Below are positions 55,301 to 64,000 of a DNA stretch of 64,000 nt, piece after piece. Made by a program: the position numbers and the translations under genes. Positions within the stretch are counted from its first letter, which is position 1; every line of letters begins with the position of its first letter. Under the pieces are notes generated by a model that did no database searches, was not told where the DNA came from, and was given only the letters and a program-made list of their open reading frames with translations. Location: assembly GCA_900128395.1 (NCBI GenBank), contig LT649242.1, positions 1-64,000 on the forward strand, given 5' to 3'. Source of the stretch: Stramenopiles sp. TOSAG23-2 (taxonomy: Eukaryota).

Positions 55301-57144
55301 ATTTGATTTTCGGTTTCAAGCAACGAGGAGAAGCTGCTGTTGAAGCAAATAATATATTTTATTATTTAACATATGAAGGTACGGTGAATTTAGATGAAAT
55401 TGATGATCCAACTTTGCGAAATGCAATGCAATTACAAATTGAGCATTTTGGTCAATGTCCAACACAACTTTTGACCTCGCCACATCCACCTCGTGGTCGC
55501 ACGATACGTGTGCCACGGCCATTGTACCTAACATTTTTGGGCAAACATGGATATCTAAAAGGACCAAATAATTGTGTTGGCATCGCTGATCTTGCATATA
55601 TCAATTCACTTGCACCTGGTGTTGGTTCCTTGGTACGATTAGGTTTTGATCCTTTACGCGCCATTGAAGCTTTGGAAAAAACAGATAATTTAAAGTTATG
55701 TGCAAATCAACTAGCATTAGGAGGAAAAGCTAGTAAGAACAGTAAATTTTCCGATACGAGTGGTACTGTATATCATAAAACTGAAGAAGGTAAAGCTGTT
55801 GTGAGTGTACGTTGCCTTTTTGATTCAATTGAATGTGTTGATGAGAATGGAAAATTATATTCGTTTCCATTGGAACGTTTAGATTCAAGAGTTTCATTAT
55901 CCTCTACGGACAATAATGGAACCAATGCTGCAAAAAATGAGTCTCCAAAGGTAAAGAAAACGAAGTTGTTTGGAACTGATTTTATTCCAATTCGTGTACA
56001 TCCCTCTGCAAATCCACTGTCGAATAGATACTACTGTACTGTTGTACCTTCTTTGTCTGATGGTGTTGGAACATTGATGGCGGCGCCGTTAAAAAAATAT
56101 GAAATGTTATCGCGTGTTACTGCTTGGAGTTCTGGTGGCTTCATCTTAGGCACTGGTGGTGCATGTCATGGTAGTGTGGAATTTTGGGTAATCGAGCGAA
56201 CAGACGAAGGTGCGCCATATATTTCAGGATCATTAAGTATCAATGGGCATGAAACCACCGTGACACTTGTAACCATATCAAGGGAGATTGTGTTAACTGG
56301 TAGTCAAGATGGTGTTGCTATGCTATGGCATTTAAGTAAAGATGCGAATGACAATGCTACTTTGTCCAATCGTCCATATCAAATTTTGCGGGGTCATACA
56401 AGTGCTTTGACAAGCGGTAGCATCAATAAAACGTGCCAAACTGCTGTCACCGTCTCTGGTGAACGTTTAGTATTGATTCATAGAATTGAAGAGGCGCCAC
56501 CTAATGGACAACATGAATTGCTTGGCGATTTACCACTGGTTGAGATCAAATGTGATGAAATGTCCTTATTGCCGTCAATAACTTCAGCTTCGTGTGTACA
56601 TACTTGTATCGTGACAGCTGCTGGTGTAATTGTATGTGTTGTGAATAAAACGACATTAATTACATATGATATAAATGGTTTGGAAATTATTCGAAAAGAT
56701 GCAAAAGATGATCATGGTAATTGTGAACAAATCATGGCCATTGAACGGACATCACGCGGAAATGTTGTTGTTACTGGTGGAGGAAATACTATTTGTTTTT
56801 GGTCTGCGCGTACGTTGGGTTTATTGCATTCGTATAAAATAAATACTAGTAGCAACGGTATTTTATCATTATCTTTATCGTTAAGTGAGGAAATCATGTC
56901 AGTTGGTTGCGATGATGGTTTGATTGTCACTGTATGTTTACCAAATTTCCGAGATTTAAGTGATCCGCACGCTCCTTTACAAAAGCAAATTGCAAACAAA
57001 TTAAAAGCAAGGCAAAAAGCAGCAAATACATTGGATACTATTATGGGTGCTGGAATAGATAATGTGGCAGAGAAAGCAAAAAATGCTGTTAAGAGTGCAT
57101 TTGGTAGTTTTTCTAATTTATTTGCATCACCAAATAAAAGTTAG
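49366..57144 (+). CDS. BEACH-domain protein, neurobeachin-like (ConA-like, PH, BEACH, UBA-like, WD40)
   Basis: [68 protein letters not shown] and GH...W WD repeats. Confidence 0.95.
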   Translation: [2592 protein letters not shown]

Positions 57145-58227
57145 TAGGATGAAGTGGAGAGAAAACAAGAGAAAGAGATTTTACATAATTACAATTGTTG
57201 TACGTGCGTATGTAATTTTATGTGTAGGTGACGCGTGTAAATTTATAAAATTAAAAAAAAACTGTGAAATTGTTTTTTGGAAATTTATAAGTACATTAAT
57301 AAAACTCGATTCCCTTATATGTTAGATGGCCTTCGTTTTTCGTTCTTCCATGTAAATAGCATCATACTTATATAATCTAAATTCTGTACTTATAAAATTT
57401 TTAATTGGGAAGAATCGGCGGTCACAGCACAGTCTACAAACTGTGCGCCCTCGTCGATAATCAGAAAACCTTAATGTGTCTGTGCTGTGTCCCCTACCTC
57501 CAACTTTCGGGCTCTCACGCGTTTACGATAGTATTACGCTTACCAGCTAAACTCCTAAAACAGGTAAAATAAGTACAAAAATGTGCCGTAGCATTCACCA
57601 CACCGGTTTGCCTATCATGTTGGACCGATTAAAAATATCCGCAACTGGTTCATTAGGAGGCACACAGTATGAAGAGTTTTTTCTATTCGGACCGATACAT
57701 CTAAAAAAAGATTTGTATATACTATAACAATAGTATTACAAACAACAACCCGAATCGGTGAAAAAGAATCCGCCTTCGATACGATTATTCCGCCGTCCAA
57801 GTAATCCTTTTCCTAGAGTCAAGACACCCGCGGCCTATGTGCGCGTGCTACACGCCTGCTAGGGTTTCTAATTTTGTGAAAGATTTTTTAGTAGGGTGAT
57901 AACATTGGACGAGCAAGGAGTCTAAGCACTATGGATATTCTTTCCAAAAAAAAAAAATAAGATTCCGTCAATACTATTTCCCTTCTAATTAAAATTACCA
58001 AGAAATATTGAATAGCAGTGCAATATTTTTTTGTTAAATATAATAATAAAATAAAAAAGAAATATTGAATAGTCGCATAGTGCAATATTTTAAATAATAA
58101 AATGAAACACGAATATATATAATATAGAAAGTACAGTGTTTAATAAAAAGCAAAAGAATTTCGAACCAATCTTATCGCAAATCATAACAAGAAAAAAGCA
58201 CAAACAATAAACAAATACAAACAAACA

Positions 58228-58698
58228 ATGAGAATCCACTTCCTCCTTTTGGCATTGGTTGCTGTTGTTGTATTGTCCCAACATAATGTTGACGCCCGCC
58301 TTACCGATCCAGCTATCCGCAGAATGACCGAACACCGCCTCCTCGACGAACTACTTCAGAGAAGGATGGAAGAGTTGGAAGAAATGGAAGGTGAACAAGG
58401 CAGTTTTCAAGATGAATTTGTTGAATCGCGGAGACTTCGTGAAGGTAGGATTTGCAATAGGAAACTACCATGTTATACAGATGGTTTTACGGCATGGAAA
58501 TTCATTTGTATTAATGGGAGATGCAAAAAGACTTGCGATGCGCAATGCCTGCGGAGTTGCAGAGGAAAATGCAATTGGGCCAAATGCACAAATAAAAAAA
58601 AAATATGCACAAGAAAAGATATAAGGGGAAAATGCACGGGGTGGAAAGAAGTTTGTGATGACAAATTTAATGAGTGTATGAGGGGCTGTATAGCTTAA
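58228..58698 (+). CDS. Secreted prepropeptide with acidic pro-region and basic Cys-rich mature domain
   Basis: Signal peptide ending VDA, Glu-rich pro-region ending SRRLREGR, then about 80 aa with 14 Cys and many Lys/Arg. Confidence 0.8.
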   Translation: MRIHFLLLALVAVVVLSQHNVDARLTDPAIRRMTEHRLLDELLQRRMEELEEMEGEQGSFQDEFVESRRLREGRICNRKLPCYTDGFTAWKFICINGRCKKTCDAQCLRSCRGKCNWAKCTNKKKICTRKDIRGKCTGWKEVCDDKFNECMRGCIA

Positions 58699-60040
58699 GC
58701 TTAATGGAAGCGTTGGTTTAAATAATTCACATTTCATATATAAAGTTGCTGCAGCAGCAACTACATTCACATTTCAGTTTACATAAAATTTTCGCAACAC
58801 AGATGAGTGCCCTGGTAACATTTACTTCGTACGAGTCAAGATGCCAAGAATTAGTAGTAATATGATAAAGGAGGCGGAGAAGTGTCAAAGAAAATCTTAA
58901 TTTTTAAAAATATTTTATAAGAACAATAAGTATTGTAAGAAGATATAAATAAATGTGCATATTTTAATTTGTACCTCATTTAAATTATGGTAAAAAATTT
59001 CGCGATATGGGGCCGGTGTTTCTGTATCCACCTCCGTCAGCTCCACCTCGTTCGGGTCGGCTGGTTTATCGGGCACGTCCATGACAAATGATAATGGTTG
59101 GTGAGTTTCTACAAAGGTTGGATGATTTTTTCACTCGGTTGGAAAAATATCACGGCACGTCTAGCGATTGGGTTGGTGTGTGTTGCGGAAGAATATATTG
59201 TAGTACATCATTCATTAATAATAATTAATATTTTATAAAAATAATAATAAATATTATGAAGTGCTAGGTATCTTTTGTATTGTTCCACATTTAGAATGGG
59301 ATTACCATTGAGCGTATTTGTGTTTGAGGGTAGCATGATGGGATAGGAGATGAAAATGGTTGATTTAACTATAAATGTTATTATTCTATCGAAATATTCT
59401 TATCGAATTCGGACAACTTAAATAGGAGGTAAAATGTTCCAATATAAGTACCAAAAACATTATTCTTGCAGAATATTCGTAGCGAATACTGTACCTTATT
59501 TTCTAGAATAAAATTCCAAAAATGATTTTTTTATCATTTTCTCAAAAGTATACGAAATAATTCTATTTTAGTACAATTATTCAACATTTGATAGGCTCCC
59601 TTCAAGTTTTTAGGAGTTTAAGGAGTTTGTAGGAAAAAAGCACGAAAGGACGGTGAAAATAAAATATGTCATAGCATACAAATAGGCTTACGATGTTGAC
59701 TTTATTTTTGGTATTTATTATTACCACGGGAGCCGTCACTCTCTACGAAGGAAATACCATTGGGAGTGGGACTGCTAGGGTGGGGACACAGCACAGCAGA
59801 CTAAATTGGGCACACTCGTCGTACAAATTCATAATAAAAATGTTTTAGATATATATTAGATAGATAGACAGATAGAAACTTACTGAATCGACATACATGT
59901 ATTTATATCTAGAAAGTATCACTTACAACATCCATAGATAGACAGATAGAAACTTACTGAATCGACATACATGTATTTATATCTAGAAAGTATCACTTAC
60001 AACATCCAAACAGAGTCTTCTGAATGGTTTTAATGTCGAG

Positions 60041-62277
60041 ATGAGTCTAAAAGAGACTTTCAGTATTAAGAATGTGAAAAACGAGATGAGTCTAAAAGAG
60101 ACTTTCAGTATTAAGAATGTGAAAAAGAGATTGTCAACTATTTTGTCAGGACATGGCCTTTCGCATAATAATATAAAGGACAGCTCGCATGACAATATTG
60201 AAGAACGATTCATAAAAATGCTGGAAAGACATCAAAATCGAGCAACAGTCGGTCATTCGCCGTTGGGTACAGTTGCGAGAAAACATAGAAACAGTATCAT
60301 TGTTTCTGATCTTGATTCAGATGGGACTCGTAGAGTCAGGACTAGTAAAATTGCACTACGATATACGGATATAGAAAAATCGAATATGTTATGGTTTGAT
60401 ACGTTGCAGGTTTCAACAACATTGCTTGGATTTATTTATTTTCTCTCATCGATTGTACTTACGCATGTAGAAGAAGCTTATAGAGCAGGTGGAAATGCCA
60501 GCAATTTATTGCATGTTGTAATTACTACATTTTATGTGATACTATCATTTTTAATAGTGATGGCAACGATTTCGATCATTTTTACTTTTCGTTATGCAAA
60601 ATATTCAAATACAATTTTTAAATTATTGATGAGTTTAGGCAGAACTTGGAGAATTATGTTTTTATTATCACTACGCCTTCTTTTTGGTTTTTTAGCCTGT
60701 ATATATGGAGCACCTTTTTCTTCGATGCTAGATGGTATAGCAATATTTGTATTGGGTTTGGCATTAATATTTCAAGATATTTTGACCATACGTTACAGTC
60801 ATCCAATTTTAAGAATTTGGGTTCTTTCATTTACATGTGTAATGGAGCACCTTTTTCTTCGATGCTAGATGGTATAGCAATATTTGTATTGGGTTTGGCA
60901 TTAATATTTCAAGATATTTTGACCATACGTTACAGTCATCCAATTTTAAGAATTTGGGTTCTTTCATTTACATGTGTAATGTTTTATACATGGATACGGT
61001 CCTTGATAAATAAGGAAGTAAATGACATATCCAATCCACTCATTTTTAATGTGCGATACAATACATATATTCGTACAATTTATTCGAGTTTATTTGGAAT
61101 AATGTTTGATGGTTTACTAATAATAATAAAAGATACAGATAGGAAACAATTTGTTAAGGAAGTAAATGACATATCCAATCCACTCATTTTTAATGTGCGA
61201 TACAATACATATATTCGTACAATTTATTCGAGTTTATTTGGAATAATGTTTGATGGTTTACTAATAATAATAAAAGATACAGATAGGAAACAATTTGTTT
61301 GGATCATTAAAAGAAAATTTAGATCAGATTTAAAAGAGATGAATTTAGAAAGTGTGGAAAATTTTAGTAAATTTCGCAAACAATATAACACGAAACAGCT
61401 TGTTGTTATTTTAGTTTCGATATTGGCTCTTGTATTTTATATTTTAGGCGCTGATATAAGCAATATATATGGAATTGAACCTTCCACTAAGGCTACACTT
61501 CACGTTTTGTATTATGTATTTTTCATCATTACTTTTGGGTCTTTCCTGTCATTGTATAGTGATAATTTCAGTTTCGATTCAATGATATTACTATTGAAGG
61601 AACGGCATATGTTCATGTCATGTTTATACTGTTTATCACATTTAATTTTATATGTATACTTATATTGGCCACATACTTTAGGTGGTTTTCCAAGTTGTAC
61701 AAACAAAGATTGCACAATAGTTATACAAAATATAACTGGCAATAGCACTGTTAATACAATTGTGAAAGAAATTGGTTATGGAACGTTTACAGATGCTGAA
61801 AAAGTTACTAATATAATTCAATCCTTAGTATTTCTTATCCAAGTATTACTTTTTCTATCAATGGATTCATTGATTGTAAAATCACCATTTTTAGTTGGAA
61901 TGGTTGCTGTACTTGGTGGAATAACTATGTTGCAATCTGCCATCGGCGCTGGTTTTCTTTGGAATACTTGTTATCTAATACCAGGTTTAACGGTTACTCA
62001 ATGTAGTCTTGAACTAAGTATTTATACGTCCTTGTGTTTTTTATTTTCAGCGTCTATTTATACTGCAATTAGAGATCGTAAATTTAAGCGTTTTTTGTTT
62101 ATACATGAAGCTGTTTATTGCCAAACAATGACAAATAGTCATAATAGACGAAACACTTCTATGTTAAATGCAACTAGTGTTCAAAATATGAAGCGCTTAA
62201 GTGCAATGGAGGAATGGATTGGTAATTTAGATGATATAGAATTCGAAGTACCTGTAGAAGAGGAAGTGATTATATGA
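60041..62277 (+). CDS. Multi-pass membrane protein of unknown function, split into two ORFs by a 137-bp duplication
   Basis: Many hydrophobic helices. Removing one copy of 60705-60841 joins the 275-aa and 543-aa ORFs in frame. Confidence 0.75.
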
Positions 62278-62371
62278 TATGTGTGTGATCAAAGTGGATA
62301 TGTATATTATGCATATATATATATATTTCCCACCATATTATTTATATGATGTGTGTGTGTGTATTAACATA

Positions 62372-62527
62372 ATTCTTTTGGAGAGTAGGAATTATGCATA
62401 TATATATATTAATATTTTACATGTGTGTGTGAGTAAAAAAGTATATATATATATATTTCCCACCATATTATTTATATGATGTGTGTGTGTGTATTAAAAC
62501 ATAATTCTTTTGGAGAGTAGGAATTAT
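62372..62527 (+). repeat. Dispersed intergenic motif, copy 5, locally duplicated (62372 and 62504)
   Basis: attcttttggagagtaggaattat occurs twice. Confidence 0.85.
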
Positions 62528-62959
62528 GCATATATATAATATTTTACATGTGTGTGTGAGTAAAAATCAAAAAATAAATTTTTATGCGCATAAATTAAAT
62601 TATACACGAACGTACGAGTACAAAAGTACGAACAAAAGAGTGTGCGTGTCAGTATTTGATACGAGTAAAATGATATATATATAATATTACGCGTAATATA
62701 TACTCGTATCATTCTCAAATATTACACTCTTCAATCTCTCTCTCTCTCTCTCTCGTGTGTTAATCTTTTTTGCTCCATGTAAATTTTAAATTTTATTTTT
62801 TTTTTCAAAGTGTTGATACGAGTAAAATGATATATATATAATATTACGCGTAATATATACTCGTATCATTCTCAAATATTACACTCTTCAATCTCTCTCT
62901 CTCTCTCTCTCGTGTTAATCTTTTTTGCTCCATGTAAATTTTAAATTTTATTTTTTTTT

Positions 62960-63478
62960 TCAAAGTGTTGATTTTTTAACTTTTTTTAACCATTTTATTT
63001 TTGCAATGTCATATTCTTTTTTCAATTGAAGTGATTTTGTTTGGTATTTTGCTCTTGTACTATCATCCATATTTCTCCATTCCTCGCCTAAAATTTGTGC
63101 AACCTGTATTACGGAGAAATCTGGAGTATATTCTTTAATTTTTGGACGGCGCTCTTTGGCAAATAAAAAAAAGGAAGTTGGTGGTCGTTTTGGTCCACTT
63201 TCAGCAGCTTTCATTTTTAAATATTTTGCTCTCACCAGATCATATTTACCTTTTTCAATAACAGCTAATTTCACATATTTGTCTTTATCCTGCTCTGATA
63301 AACTTCTCCATATCTCACCAAGTTTTCTTGCAACTTCGACCACACCACTTTTTGGATCTTCTTTCTTTATTTGATCTCGTACATGTTCACGCCTCTCTTT
63401 GCAAAATAAAAAAAATGCAGTAGGTGGACGTTTCGGTGCATTTTTATCTCGTTTCGTACCTTTTTTTCGTTTCACCAT
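62960..63478 (-). CDS. HMGB/NHP6-like protein with two HMG boxes
   Basis: RDKNAPKRPPTAFFLFCKERR...LGEIWRSLS and GPKRPPTSFFLFAKERR...LGEEWRNM. Confidence 0.93.
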   Translation of the reverse strand: MVKRKKGTKRDKNAPKRPPTAFFLFCKERREHVRDQIKKEDPKSGVVEVARKLGEIWRSLSEQDKDKYVKLAVIEKGKYDLVRAKYLKMKAAESGPKRPPTSFFLFAKERRPKIKEYTPDFSVIQVAQILGEEWRNMDDSTRAKYQTKSLQLKKEYDIAKIKWLKKVKKSTL

Positions 63479-63733
63479 GTTATGTAACTAAAAATTTAAA
63501 AACAGAAGAACGACTAAGTGAATATACAACAACAACAACAACAAAAAGAAAAAGAAAAAAGAAGAGGAAAAGTTATCTATCTCTTCATGTTATGTAACTA
63601 AAAATTTAAAAACAGAAGAACGACTAAGTGAATATACAACCACAAGAAAAAGAAAAAGAAAAAGAAAAAAGAAGAGGAAAAGTTATCTATCTCTTACAAA
63701 TGTATATAAATATAATATAATATAATATATCAT

Positions 63734-63781
63734 ATCTCCATTCACAATCTCCATTCACAATCTCCATTCACAATCTCCATT
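63734..63781 (+). repeat. 13-bp minisatellite (ATCTCCATTCACA), about 3.7 copies
   Basis: Read directly from the sequence, upstream of the HMG gene. Confidence 0.85.
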
Positions 63782-64000
63782 TCTTTTTTGTAAAAAGTGT
63801 AAGTGATTGATTGATTGATTGATTTATTTTGGCCGCCCGCGCCTGTTGTTGTTTTAAGGTTGTTTTTCATGGAAAAAACAACCGGAGAAGGGTTCCCATC
63901 AGGGTTTAGCTTGGCATTGAAATTGAGATTGATCCTTCGTACTTATTATATACTAAATTTATCTATCAAAATAAAATATATTACACAATGGTATGTCTAT

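Noticed and set aside
59861-63700. Cluster of tandem duplications: 74 bp at 59861, 45 bp at 60037, 137 bp at 60705, 144 bp at 61011, about 130 bp near 62310, about 158 bp at 62657, about 110 bp at 63477
   Set aside because: Exact or near-exact head-to-tail pairs; non-coding ones differ mainly in microsatellite length, and one breaks a reading frame. Most consistent with haplotype or scaffolding artefacts; needs read mapping.

Overview
AT-rich, gene-dense eukaryotic DNA with few short GT-AG introns (GTAAGT donors; CTAAC branch sites in two of the three). The host is probably a flagellated protist, possibly a stramenopile (inference from DPCD, a dynein fragment, an LRRC34-like gene and a CBM20-TPS-TPP gene). 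Two items stand out. (1) Positions 1 to about 6130 look like a two-gene DNA transposon. Long inverted repeats, tandemly reiterated on the right, flank a convergent gene pair: a 1326-aa protein whose motifs and D-D-E spacing match the RAG1/Transib/Chapaev transposase core, with an F-box-like N-terminus, and a 347-aa Cys-rich protein. (2) A 1365-aa ORF fuses NAA80-like and ACTMAP-like domains, the two sequential actin N-terminal maturation enzymes, to a DUF3293-like domain and PYROXD1. The window also holds a same-orientation motif found only between convergent genes, two Cys-rich prepropeptide genes, two pseudoenzymes, a Penelope-like RT relic, an orphan dynein 3' fragment and ordinary housekeeping genes. 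Several near-exact tandem duplications and N-gaps are probably assembly artefacts. All family assignments come from motif recognition by eye; no searches were run.
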